Shown: one piece after another, positions 1 to 13,700 of the stretch | Layout: each line of letters opens with the position of its first letter | How positions within the stretch are numbered: position 1 is the first letter of the stretch | Assembly: GCA_034780895.1 (NCBI GenBank) | Contig: JAUZTB010000068.1 | Span: 21,277,964-21,341,963, forward strand | Direction: 5' to 3' | Length of the DNA: 64,000 nucleotides | DNA from: Rhynchobatus australiae | Lineage: Eukaryota | The notes under the pieces: generated by a model | What the model saw: the letters and a program-made list of their open reading frames with translations, nothing else | What the model was told of the DNA's origin: nothing | The model's database searches: none | Position numbers and translations under genes: made by a program

Positions 1-2080
1 AAAAATTTGAAAATTCCACACCATGTATTTAATTTAGCATTGAAAAATGATATAATCTTGCTTTTAATTTAAAAGCAAACTAATGAAGATATTTGATCTT
101 AAAGCTTTTACACTTCTTTAAACTTCTCACAAATCACAGATTGCTTTATTTACAAAATCCTACTGTGAATGGTTACATAATCTTATGATAAATATTTATG
201 TTGGTTTATCAACGATTTTATAGAATATTAAGTGATTTAACAAGGTGACTCTTGAATTCAACAAAACAATCCTTTTAATTAACCAAAATAAATCCTATGT
301 GCAATGCAAAGGAGTTTTCAATAAGATAGCTTCAGCCAATGTAATGTAAGAATTCTAAGGGAAAACATGTGCATCCTTTTCAGTACAATCTTGCCATGGA
401 AACACTAATCAACTCAAATTCCTTTTCTGTTTTGTCACATCCTGGGTGCCTCTCCAATTCCTGCTTCGGCTTCCTTGTTTTGCTTCTCTCATCCTTTTAC
501 AATGATACAACCACAGTGCTGAGGATAAACAGCAATCAGTCCACCAGTTTAAGAAAACATTCCCTCGTATATTCTTTTACAACATAATGAAAAAGTTTTT
601 GCAGAACCTATGGAAATTCAAATATGATAATTGTCTGTACCCAGTGGAGTTCATGAAATAATATTATTCAAAGTCATAAGATATTCTTTATCTTTTCAAA
701 CACTTCTTTGGTTTGGAGCACTTTCTCAAAACCATGCTTTTGGAAGGGGGGCATAAATGCTCAGTATTTACAGTCAGCCTAGGGCCTGCACTTCAACAGC
801 AATTTAATACAATTGTTTGCAGTCACTAAGATTTTCCCACAAAATCAAATGTTTACATTTATGAGTACAGTACTACATTGACAGTAAATTTTCTAAATGA
901 AAACATTTACATTTAATTGCTTAAACACGTTCATAACTATTTTTAATNNNNNNNNNNGAAAACATTTGCTCTTTTGCTGTGCACAGTCATTCCTCCAGAA
1001 ATCCTTAGATTACAAATTATTCACTGATTTAAATCAAGGGGATTAAAATTAATCCTCTTATGGCTAAACCAGTCTGTATGCTTCATTGCAGTGCTGTTTT
1101 ACAAATGTTGTGATAGAATCAAGGTACAGGTGAATAAATTATTTATGTATTATGATCAGCAAATTAACTAACAGGGTAACAAAACGGAGTTATGCTAAAA
1201 TTGCATAAATTCCTGTTCTGGTTGCATTTAAGAGTACTGAGGAGCTCCAGTCTCTATACTGTGTCAAAGAATCAAAAGGGAAATATGGAAAAAAAATGTG
1301 TACCAAGGTCTCTTTCCAGACGATTATCCAAGCAACATAGATAAACAATAAACTGGCATCACAATGATTGATGATAATACTAATTATATGATCCACAGTT
1401 CTTTTATTACTTAATGGGTTTGAACAAATGTGCATAGGAAACTGTGTCAATTTCAGTCAATAAATCAAAAGAACTAATCTTATTTCCTCCATTCCTTGCT
1501 GCTCCTCTATCTGCATCTTTGTGCTGTTTTGAATTTGCTTTCATCTTTGTTTTCCTTTCATTTTCTTCTGCTAGTTAAATTGCTATTAAGTAACTCCATC
1601 CAAGAAAATAAAAATAATTTAAAAATTAAGCTTGCCTTTTATGGAACCTACTTTATTGTACCCCAATAAAAGTAGGTCATTTTTAAATTTGCAAAAATCT
1701 TTTATCTCTGAACAATTCCAGCCACTCTCAAAGAAAATTGAAATGCAGAATGATTAATAAAAAGAACTGGAGGCCAAGTGGATTACCACACTGTCCCTTC
1801 ACATTCTGATATTTAATTTGTATTAATAAAATTTTAAAGAAAAAGAAAAACCAACATCTGTTTTTATTATTACCACATGTGGATAAAGGTTGCAAAACAA
1901 AATGCTATTTGGCAACCTCACGTGAAAAGGCCACAGAGTGGCTAACGTGGGAAAAGGTGAAGGATTCCCAGTGATGCAGGAAGTGTGTTCATCAGAAACA
2001 GGAGCCCTGGCTGAAAAATGCTGGAAAGAACTGGGGAGCATTACTGTTCACGACTGCAATATATCCAGGCCGGGTACACT

Positions 2081-2100
2081 ACACACACACACACACCCAC
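2081..2100 (+). repeat. Short (CA)n microsatellite
   Basis: ACACACACACACACACCCAC read directly. Confidence 0.8.
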
Positions 2101-2959
2101 CCCTATCTGATGACCAAAGCAGAAAATATGGTAAATTGTTCTGGTTTTGCATCACAACTTATATGTGCTTTTTTCAAAAAACAAGCTAACACAAAATCGC
2201 CACTGGCAATAACAGCTTTAACTGTAGTCCTGACATGGTGTAAAAGTAGTTTTTGCACTAAGAACAAGGAGGACAAGAAATAGAAAACAATATGATTAAT
2301 TATCTGTTCTATTAATCTGCTATTTTGGTAAGCTGCTGCTTTTTTCCCCTGTGAACTCCCCCCTCCCTTCCCCAATTAGTGTGTGCTCAGTTTAACGTAA
2401 CAGGTGGAAGATTTGATTGGTCAGCACAGAACATGGAGTTTATCCACAGATACTGAGGAAACAGGAGAGGTCTGAGTCTTGTCCCCTTCTTAGGTAGAAA
2501 TATCTTATTACCAGGTCCTAAAATTAACCATTTGACTTGAGGCTTCAATGTCCAAAGCAAGCATAATTACCCAATTTAAATTTCACATGTGCCAATTAAG
2601 GCAGAATATTACATAACTTAATTTTTCTGTTGTTTGATATGTCTGAGAGTAATTTTAAAGATCCTTCAGAAGATACATTGCATAGAATTGTATTTTTATG
2701 TTGCTGCCAAAAGATACAGCTAATTTGTTTAAAACTAATAAATATCTTTGATGCTTTTTAGTTTCCATTTTTGGTACTCTGCATCTCTCTTGGCTCTCTA
2801 ATTTCATTGACACTAGGGTCCCGTATTGCTACACACCCATCAGGCAGAAGTCACTAGATCAGGAATGGTATGTCAGTGATTTCTGCCCTCCTACATTTCT
2901 GAGACCTAGATAACTTACTACTACAGTGTCCTTGCAAAATCCTCCAAATTCACTGGAAG

Positions 2960-3320
2960 GACAAGCAGATCAATATCAATGTCTTCTCCCAGACTAACTC
3001 CCGTGGTACTGAAGCAACACACACACACACACAACAGGCACTGAAGCCCTATTTACAATTAGATGGCTATGTCAGGCAGGCCATGCTGTTTGCATTCTGA
3101 CACTACACTTCTGAAACAGATACCCTACTCCAAAAGAAATTACAAGGTAGGCAGAGGAAACAATTCATAGATGTCCTCAAAGCCTCCTTCAAGAAATGCA
3201 ACATTTCCATTGTTTCTTGGGAATCTCTCAGCAATAGATTCTTACAGTGTAGGAGGAGTAAACTGGATAGTACTGAGAACGTCAAGGCCACACACAGAGA
3301 ATACACAGAGGAAGGAGGAA
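2960..3320 (+). mobile_element. RTE-clade LINE fragment (C-terminal region)
   Basis: Translates to GRQRKQFIDVLKASFKKCNISIVSWESL, like the RTE motif GGQRKRFKDTLKASLK. Confidence 0.6.
3017..3033 (+). repeat. Short (CA)n microsatellite
   Basis: ACACACACACACACACA read directly. Confidence 0.8.
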
Positions 3321-6291
3321 TAGATTACCTTACAAACCACCCACCCAATCACTTGCCTATCCTGTTGGCCTCGAACTACCCCATCTGTAGAAGAGTCCCT
3401 GGATCCCACATTGTGGGTTCTGAGGTGGCTAATAAGGCCAAAGTAGAATTAAGTCATCCTCAATCAAGAGGGATTGCTGCAGAAGAAATGGGAAGCACAG
3501 CAAATGTTTATTTTCCTAAAGATTCCACAGCTAATTGCAGAGTCAAGTGATGCCCCCAAGATAATGATTGGGATATGATCTCGGGTCTTTTGCACCTGCA
3601 TTGTTTGGTGCTACACTAATGATATTATTTATTTACTAAGTTATTGAATGAAATACAGATAACTCTTTCCTAACACCAAACTGGGTGAGATTTTGAAAAG
3701 GACCATTCGAACTAATGACTTGATAGGTTTTTGGCAATAAAAGCAAAATAAGACTCTCTTCATTTATTGGGACATATAAACCACTGCTAGCAAGTTTTTT
3801 CAATGGAGAAGATAATCCATTTTAATTTAAATTTACAATAATGTTTGTTCAATATTTTCACTATATTCTCTTGGCCTTTCTACTTTGCTTATTAGTGGTT
3901 TGACATGTTGCAATCTGCGTTCTTCAATGCAATTACCTCCCTGGTTCGAAGTGCACACAAACGTTACCATGTCTGGATTCAAGAATTTTCAACAGTTTCA
4001 TGGAAATTAGAATACCACAGCATTGCTTTTTTGTCTGCCAGTTGGTAATTTAATCCACCAAGAGGGGGTGGGGATATTGGACTCGTAAGCAGGCAGAGTC
4101 TGTCATGCAGAATAACACATTAACACCACGACTTGAGGAAAGGTCAACAAGAGTACACCTTGGCACCTTAACTTATTAATAGCTGGCTCCAAATTTCAGC
4201 AGCATATTGCCTCAAAANNNNNNNNNNACCATTTATTGATGAATTTTAGACTTAAAAGAATTTGAAATATAAGAAACTATCTTTAGAAGAACACTACCCT
4301 AAAAAATATATTTTAGTAGGGACCATTATATCATAACCTTGCAATTAACTTTAGAAGCAGCCATGCAAAAAAAGTCATTAATTTGTTCACCATAAGCAGT
4401 GAAACCAGGTGCACAAGTGATGAGGTCAGAATGCGTCTTGCTTTTAGCACATTCTACAACCAGATAGTTCTGTGTATTCAGAATAACCTTAAATGCAGAA
4501 AAGCTATTATATCCATGTTTATTCTATAACATGATGTTCTCAAAAGGAGATTATTGACACAGTTAAAAATTGGACTTTTAAGTTATACATGCCCAGTACT
4601 TGAAAAGTAGGGACAGTAGCAAGTTAGTTTCTAAATGCTAATTTCAACTCAGTTAATATGACTTGCATTACACACAGCACTGAAACAGCAATGGTATTTT
4701 GAACGTGCTGAGAAAATGTCATCCATAATTAATCTTATAAATATTGGTCTGCAAAAGCTGTTGGTCACTTTTCCATATCAAGACAATCTTTAAAGGATAA
4801 TATTTTGAGGTGATTATTACCACCAGGCTCAGATATGTACAATTTTATATACAAAGAAAGATTATCACTGGATTAAGAATTGTATGATAAAAGCAAAATG
4901 GTTAAATTGGGAACAGTTTTTGTTTGAGCAATTCTCCTTCAGCTGCAAACTCTACATTATGCTGTGGAAATTAGTTGCACCGAGTAATAACAACACGGGG
5001 AACTGCTGATCATGGGAAGCGTCTGATGTATTATAAAACAAACTGAAGCCTTTCAACAGTTAGTCAACATCATCGCTCAATGAAGCATCAAAAACAGTGC
5101 AATGAGCACATCAAAGAAATGTATTATATTTTAAGCAATGGCAGTCAGTCAGAATTTCATATTTTAAGGTGCTCTTGAAAAATCTGATGGGTATGTATTT
5201 TCTGATTCATGATGTAAAAAAATACTTTGCATTGCTATTTCTAACCACAGCAGCCAATCTATAAAAAGTTAGGTATCAGATGCTTATAGGCTGAATGCGA
5301 TTCTGCGCAATGCCTCTAAAAAGAGGTTTAGAATGGTGAGTTAATCTTTCACTGACCTGCCCAGGGTTCAGAAACCAAAGCCATAAACTACTTCAACTAT
5401 AAATGCTCTCTTTTAGTGATAGGTTAAATGATTAGCGATGTTGCATTGTCCTGCTGTTTTTTTCCTGAACACTAGAACAATGAGATATTAGCACAACAAT
5501 AATAATGACAAAAATGAATCTGGAGGTACCACCTAATTAGAACTCCTATCCCAGACTGTAGTGCTATTCTGATTTTTCATGAACCCTGTTCCTATTTTAA
5601 TTCTCAGTTTATATATCATTGAAAAAAATCTGCTGCCTTTCAGCAATGCTAAATATATTAGATGCAGAATGTTTATGCATCTTGTTCATGTACAAGAATT
5701 TTAGTGTCTTCTTAGTACAGTATACAGATGTCTTTGATAGGAAAACCAGAGAGGAGTGTATGGGAGTGTGTTCCAAACTTCCACTTTAAATTTTTGTGAA
5801 TCTATTTTATGAACTATTACAATATCAGATGATGAAATCTTGCAGAAAACCTGAATGAAAAGGTTACATTTCTTGATATTAAAATTCCACCTTCCACTCA
5901 CACATACTAATTGGTAAACTGAGACGCATCACTTGCATTGCCCACTTTGAAATCATAGTTGCTTATTTGTGTGACAGTTATACTTCAATGTCACCTCAGA
6001 CTGGTAAACATTACATCATGTCGGGGTAATCAAAAGTAAGAGTTGCTCTCTTCACTTCAACAGCAAAAATGGCAATAATTTAACCACATAGTGTTAAAAA
6101 CACAAAGTCAACTCCCTCTTTCAGTATGAGCAGCTATCAAAAATCTACCCTAAAAATGATTTAGAACAGGTGAAATAGCAAATAAATTCCAAACCATAGT
6201 GAACATTTCAGTCCTGGAAATTTCATTTTCCCTTTGTGTGCACAGCCAAACATGGAAAAATACTGGGATAAGATCTAAAACAGAACTCTGT

Positions 6292-6610
6292 GCTGCAGAG
6301 TAGCACGTAGTGAGTAGAAATGTTGTCTCAAAGCTCCAGCAACCTGGCTTCGATCTTGACCATGGGTGCTGTCTATGTGGAGTTCGCACACTTTCCCAAT
6401 GACTGTAAGGGTTTCCATCAAGTGCTTTGGTTTCCTGTACAATTTGGTTGGTTAATTGGCCATGGTAATTTCCCTCTAGTATGCAGGTGAGTGGTAGAAT
6501 TTGGGTGGATGGGAATGTACAGAGAATAAATTAGGATTTGTGTAGGATTGGTATAACTGGATGATTGCTGATCAGTGCAAACTTGGCATTGTTTCCATGC
6601 CCTATTACTC
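6292..6610 (+). mobile_element. HE1/V-SINE-like SINE copy, diverged
   Basis: AGCTCCAGCAACCTGGCTTCGATC...TGTGGAGTTCGCAC...GGTTAATTGGCC, colinear with the other copies. Confidence 0.72.
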
Positions 6611-9600
6611 TAGAACTATTAAGCAATATAATGTACCAAGCGAGTGGTCAGATGCACTAAGGAAGTGAATACTAATCCAAACATTTAAAGGTTTGAAGAT
6701 GACAAAATCTTCTGAGGAAGGAAGAGTACAGGGAGATGAAAAAGTGTGGGTCAGCCCAAAATTTGTGGGATTGGGTTGGGTTGGTGGGCAGGTAACTGAA
6801 GCATGTTACCAGTAATAAAGGTTTGGTCTGAAGAAATTGACTGACATCCAGTCTTGAATCCTTCCAATTAAACATCTGAAAGACTGAAGTCACAGTCATT
6901 AGTGCATGCTCTGTACTATAAACATTAACTCCATCTCCCTGCCACATTACATAGTCTTACTTGAGCCACATTTCTAATCCATTCTTTTTCAAAGATTAAG
7001 ACCAACCATTTGTATCTATTACCAACCTCCACTCTATGCTCATAGGGAGAACATGCAAACTTTATCCAAGGTCAGGATCAGAGATCACGAGAAACTATTC
7101 AGGTGCATTTTTCATTAGTAATATGAAAGGTTGAGCACCTAAAATAAGAACACATGTACATACAGAAGAGAGGGGCAAGACTGAACCTTTGGAGCTCTAG
7201 ATATAACAATACAATGTTTTATATATATTTGTAATAGATATTTAAGATGGCAGTTGGATGCATGCCATTTGATTGGGGATTTTAACATGCATTCAGATAT
7301 ACTCTTATAAAGACTGAAGAACTAAAATATGCCAAAGCCCATGTGCAGAAACATTTATTGTGGAACATCTTAAATAAATAGACAAGTATTTAGCAGATGA
7401 CTGGAATGATCTGAAGAAACATTACTATTTGGAAACAACCCATCTAAGTAGACTGCCAAAGCAGTTTAATCCTCTGCCTTGCAGAGTTTATGAGAAGTGA
7501 CACCACAATATAGCAAATGTAAATAGTTTAACCTCAACTCTCATGGTGCTACATGGATGGCTGATCACTGATAATGCTGTCTGAATGCATCGCTGAACAA
7601 CTTCACACAACAATAGTTACTGCTGTTATGAAGTTGCATTTGCAACTAGAATACCACTCCTGCAATGCATCAATATGTCAAGGCAGTCATTTTCACAACA
7701 TTTCTATTTATAAGCTGATATAGCTCTTGTGTACTGTTCTTCAGTTGAGTATTTGTGACACTATTAGCAAGTACAGTGATTTAAGACACACTTCTACGCC
7801 AAAATAATTAAACATAATGAGGAAATGTAACACATTATAAAATGCTCTGTTGGAAGCCATGCAAGTTACAAATCTATGTAAAATAACAGATTATTTGAAA
7901 AAGGATAAATTGTAGTAGGGCAATGCTTATGACTGCGATTTTGAGATGGTTGACAAAAAGATTGATGTCTTCTGAAGATGTCTCTTCATGACAAGTTGTT
8001 ATTTTATCTATTGCAACATAAAAAATAAGTTATCCTTTTCAAATTAATTTCTATGGTTAATCGAGCACAATGCTTTTTTGGACGTCACCCTGTATACAAT
8101 AGCCATGTGTGATACACGATATATCACTCTGTGCTTATATCCAACAATGTATTGAATATATCCATTCGATATATATGTAGGGGGTAGCCGTATGCGGCCA
8201 TCGAACGAAAGACCTACATTTCTTGGCTGAAATGAAATTTGTATTTCTATGGATTACGCTATATTTTTTCCCCTTGNNNNNNNNNNNNNNNNNNNNNNNN
8301 NNNNNNNNNNNNNNNNNNNNNNNNNNNNNNNNNNNNNNNNNNNNNNNNNNNNNNNNNNNNNNNNNNNNNNNNNNNNTTCCCTTTAATACAGTAGCATTTT
8401 CTCAAGACAAAGTTATACAATGGGAATATTTTGCTTGTAACAGAGCTGAGACATGTTTATATGCAGCAATTATTTTAACAAGCAGTACTGTCACTTCCGG
8501 CACCAAATCTTTGATTAAGCGAGCAGTGAGAAATAGAGGCCAAATTAAACTTTTTTCCAGTTCAATCACATGATTATTTTTGATCAAAAAGACTCGTGCA
8601 GTTGTTTGTATTATTTCAAGATTGCCTTTCAGATGGGAAAAGGAATTATTATCAATCGATTGTGAATTGAGATTGTTGAAACCTCAACCTGCTTTATGCA
8701 CTGTCTGATGTAAACGTGTATGATTGATTTGTCTTGATTATATAATTGAGTGGTAATGCTTAGCTGTATCAAATGAAACTAGATATTTAAAATAACTGAA
8801 TAATTTATTAACTTCTATGTTGAGTCTAGAATTTTTTAAGCTTTCATTTTGGAAAGCAAAACACAAATGCAAGATTTCCTTTCAGTTCAGTTATTAGTGC
8901 TCTGAATAGCTGCATCACATAGTCTGTGAAAGTCCCAATTTAATCTGTGCTCGGAAATAAGTTAGCAGATGTCATCCAACTTATTGACAAAGTACCTACA
9001 ACTGGGCTTGACTTGCATGGTTTAACGAAGGAAAAAAAGACAGATAAAGATGCCCGAACCATAGTTATTCAGTGATCTACAATGAGGACAAGTACATGGA
9101 CGCCAGTCAAGATTGACAAATTAGTCAAGATTGTAACGTGCCATGTGCTTCAACGTCCTGCTAACAATCACTGTCTGGGCCTTACACTTGTGCAAGGCAC
9201 TGAAGAGCAATTACACCTGTGGAAGCATTCCTCAGGGAATGCCTGTAGAAAAGGGGCAGAATAAGGGCAATAAGTCATGAGAAAAATAAAGCCAGTAAGG
9301 TGAAAATCCCACAATTAAAATGAGAAAGCAACATAGGTTTTACATCACTTTAATCATGGATGCATTTAATTTAAAAAAAATTGACAGCCCATTAAGGCGG
9401 CTGTTAAATGCTCTCTACTCTGCATCATTTCTTAAAAATAGCAAAGCCATGATATTCAAGCCCATGCTTCAATAGGGAGGGGTCCTGAGACAACAGGCGT
9501 AGAGCTGTAGAACTCCAGACACTGACTGCTATGACAAGAATTGGGGAGGAACACAAATAGCTGAAGACAGGTGACAGATTCTACGTGCTATTTTAAAAGA

Positions 9601-10539
9601 GAATAACCAGCTAGCTCAGCCCAGCTGCTCATTAATGGAATTAGTGCAATTTAAATTACTTGCAGGTAACTGGAAGCGTCTACAGTAATATGCATCATCC
9701 ATTTTTTCCAAGTGATATATAAACAATGCCTTCAACTAAAGAATCTCAATAATGTATTAACAATTCTCACTTGAAATGTATACTATAATTATTAGTATAG
9801 CACCTTTGAAGACATTTCTTATGCCCATTTAAACAAATGGCACAAACTGAAGAGGAGAGAGGTGGTTTACCAAAATATTACCTGGAATGAGGATCCTCAG
9901 TTATGAATAATGGCTGGTAAGGTCAGGGTATAGAAATTCTAACACTCTAACAAAAGGTCAACATTTTTGTGATGTGATGGAATTTTATGTGAAACCATTT
10001 CTATAAAGTAATTGGGAACTCCATGGATGCATTACTTGCTCACAGAAATTGTCGTGTTGTCCTCCGTGTGTATGACACATGAATACACACTGGGCAGTGA
10101 CAACAGTTCATGAGCAATGCATGAATACCATTGCTTTACTACAATTTTTCTATTGCAAATCCATAGTTTTCAATTTTCATCTAAACAGCTGGCCTTCTGC
10201 AGAAATTGAAGGCCAGCTCCTGCTTTAGTTAAAAGGTCTGTTCCTGGGAGGCTGCTGTTGGGTTCAAAGTTAAATGACCTCAAGATGCTCCTCGTTCAAG
10301 GCGTTCATCGTTTTTCTGGGAGTAGCAAGGTGGTGGGCCCAACAACCATAATTCCTGCCCCAGGTGTTCACTTTTAGCAGAACAATGTAACCCTGGTCAT
10401 TAGAGATATGCAGTACTTGTATGCATTAACTCTATTACCACTCGAGGGCAAATCTTCCCTGAAGCAGTTATATTAGTTCAAGTGGCAGTTGCCAGCTGTA
10501 TGCAGATTCAAAATGTATTCTAGCCCAGTTTAGCTTCCC

Positions 10540-10772
10540 TTGGAAAAGAGAGATCTAAACTGAATTCGCAGGAAATAAGGATATCAAGATCAAGAATATT
10601 TAACTGAAAAGGTAGTTGAAGCTGATCCATAAATAATTTTAAAAGGGAATTGGACAGCTGCTTAATAAGAAACATCCAAGGCAAGGAAGTAGGCTAAATA
10701 AAACTATTCCTACCAAGAACAAGCAATGGCAGAATGGATCAAGTGGTCCCCATCAATGCTGTAAGCTACTGT
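10540..10772 (+). mobile_element. CR1 LINE 3' end, decayed
   Basis: GGTAGTTGAAGC...TTTAAAAGGGAATTGGACAG...TGGATCAAGTGGTCCC...TGCTGTAA. Confidence 0.55.
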
Positions 10773-13700
10773 TTCAACAGAATTATGGAGAGTTATTAAT
10801 AAGACCAATTCTAGCTTTTGCAATCACAGTTTTAGGATCGTTTAGGGCCCAAGCAAAAGGCAATTACAAAAAAATGTCAGGAAAATATCTGGTATCTTTT
10901 AAAATTCAGATTAAATAATGTTAATAACTTGCTCTTACTTCCCCTACAAACTTGATACTGTATTTTATACACTCACTAACAATATATAGCTGAAAGGATA
11001 ATGGGCCAGAGAAAAGATAGTGAGATGCTGTTCGATCAGCAGAGATTCAGAGAGCTAAAAAGAGTCAGCATACTATTATTTTGCCCGTACTCAAGGAGAA
11101 AAAAGTGAGTTGGATAAGTATGGGACTTAATGATGGCAATGCCAAGCCCATCACAAGGGAGGACCAGAGCAAGACCCTGGTTACCAAACAGCTAATAAAA
11201 ACTTTGACCGCTAGTAAAGTTATGCATCTAGCTGCTGGAGCTTCAAAATATTCACATTGATAAACATGCAGAAGCCACAAATATCCCTAGCTTTAGAACA
11301 TTTAAAATTAAAATTTAAGAATATTTGCATAATCTAAAATAATTAAAGTTCAAATTAACCAATGGATAACTTATTCCTTTCATAGGTATACCTCTCCATT
11401 CAGATGAACTGAGATACTGTTCCTGTACCAAGTCCAAGCTGGCGCAGGTTGCGCAAGTGAATTCCCCACCATTACGTGGTGGAGAGTTGCCATAACATTA
11501 CATTCTGCTGCTGTACTCCATGAGGAGTTCAGCATTTAAGTGTAATAGAAGATTCCTTGGCAAACACCAGACAGTAGTTTGGGTCTACTGTGCAGGAATC
11601 CCAAACTATCTGGCACTGACACAAGATAAAGCTACTAGCCAGGTAAAGAATTGCTGACCATTCCCTAGAAAATTCTCGGTAATGTAGTTTGCTGCATGAA
11701 AGAAAAATTGTTCTTTTCTTCATAAAGTTTTATCAATCCATTCACCAAATTATTGCAGATTTGTGAGAAAAGCATGTGGAAGAGAGACACGATGTAATTT
11801 CGATCTAAAGGTGGTCTTATTGTGTGTTTGCTAGAACATTACCATCTTATTAGATACTGGGCAGCAGGGGAACATTCTGAACAGAAACGACTTATGGCAG
11901 TGATGAGCACCTGAAACCATCCCCATCCCCAAAATATAAGATAGACACAAAGACTGTAACAATGATTTGTATTTTCAGCCCATTGCATGGGTGGTGTACA
12001 ACAGCCTTATCAAATATTCTAGGCAAGAAGATCAAACTTTTCAGAAACTGCCATACAAATTTAATATTATTCTTTCTAAGAACAACCTATTTATACAATG
12101 TTTATTATNNNNNNNNNNNNNNNNNNNNNNNNNNNNNNNNNNNNNNNNNNNNNNNNNNNNNNNNNNNNNNNNNNNNNNNNNNNNNNNNNNNNNNNNNNNN
12201 NNNNNNNNATTATGTACAGAGACAAATCAGATCCTGAAAAGTTAGGGAAGGGTAATAACGTTAATTAAACCCCTGTCCTGTTTTTTTTCTACAGTATGTA
12301 GCAATACACAAATATATTTTTTCATATCTGTTGCAAAAGAAAAGGGACATCAAACTTTAATATCTTGTGGCATAAGAAAGCTTTTGCATTTTTTGTGAAA
12401 ACAGAAATTTTTACATCAATGTTCGTTAGAAGAAATGATTATCTGCAAAACAGCTACTTGAAACTTGGGAAATCCCAGTAATGTATGGGCAGAGTCTTGC
12501 TCACCCTGTTTCTCAAAATGATGAAATATCTACTTTTCAACCACAAATATTAGTTGCAATGCTTCTCCTCACATCAGATTTTCCAATGTAGACAGAGCAT
12601 TGACAATGGATAGAAGGAGGTGCTAGTTGTAGCCTGTGGTCTTCTTGAAAATCTACTGGCCTCCTCCTCAGCATAAATATAAAAAGTAGTGTAGTTAAAG
12701 CCCTAGTTTATTTTTCAGAAATGGTTGTCCAACAGCATGGGCTGGAGAAGAAAATATGGTTTCACGGCAATTGGTTTTTATGGTAATTTTCAATATATTT
12801 TTCCCAGAAATGTTCTTTAAAGGAAGTTTTCTTGCAGGTTGATTGTGATGGCCAAGATTTTAGACAGAGCCTGAACACGTTCCTAAAACAAGTTACTGCT
12901 CCATTAATCTGAATTAGTATTTCCTTCCAAGTGAGCTGAACGTTTGATATGTGAGAATATTTATTTGGGTGTTAGGTACAATTTTTCTTCTGAAATTTTT
13001 CAGGGCATGCTGCATTCTTCTGAGAGAATAATTTGCTATGCTGCATCTGTGTCATAAGTATCACCTAGGACTCTGACAAGTGAAGCATAAAGAGGCCCTT
13101 CTTAAACCTTGCAGCTTTTGCCAAAACTATTTTGGTCAGGGTCCAAAAGTGGAAAACTTGTAGCAATCAGTCCATGTACTTCAGAATGGAAAGCTAGCTA
13201 GCAGAGTGTCTAATGAATACAAAAACCATTTTGACTCAAGTATTTTTTTTATTAATGTGATGTCAAGAATATAATTTCAGCACTGAAGACTGCAAATGCC
13301 TAAGTTCTGAAAGGCGATAACATCCCTAACATTTGGATCAAGTCTGAGACAGTGCTGGATCTAATTCTGGAAATGCAATGGGGCAGGTAATGAATGTTGC
13401 AGTGTGACAGCATTTAGGAAACAGTGATCACAGTTTTATCCAATTTATAGCAATTATGGAAAAGGGTATGAAAAATACCCAAGGTTTAAATACTCAATTG
13501 AAGTAGAATCACTTTGAAAAAGAGGGGAAATGGGACTGATGAGAATGTGCCAAGAGCCATTNNNNNNNNNNNNNNNNNNACGGGCCAAATGGCCTGCTTC
13601 CATTTCACATACAAAATATTTCCAGTAAGTTCCAAAGGCACCTGGCCCACATGAATCAAGCAAAGCCTGGAAAGTAAAACTAAATGAACAATACAAGCAC

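Noticed and set aside
2103-2375. ORF MGKGGG... as the KIAA0754-like first exon
   Set aside because: It starts at TTG, is short, and does not resemble the recalled KIAA0754 N-terminus.
8186-8215. AGCCGTATGCG resembling the start of group II intron domain V
   Set aside because: The complementary 3' arm (…ACGTACGGTTC) is absent, and the context is a vertebrate nuclear intron.
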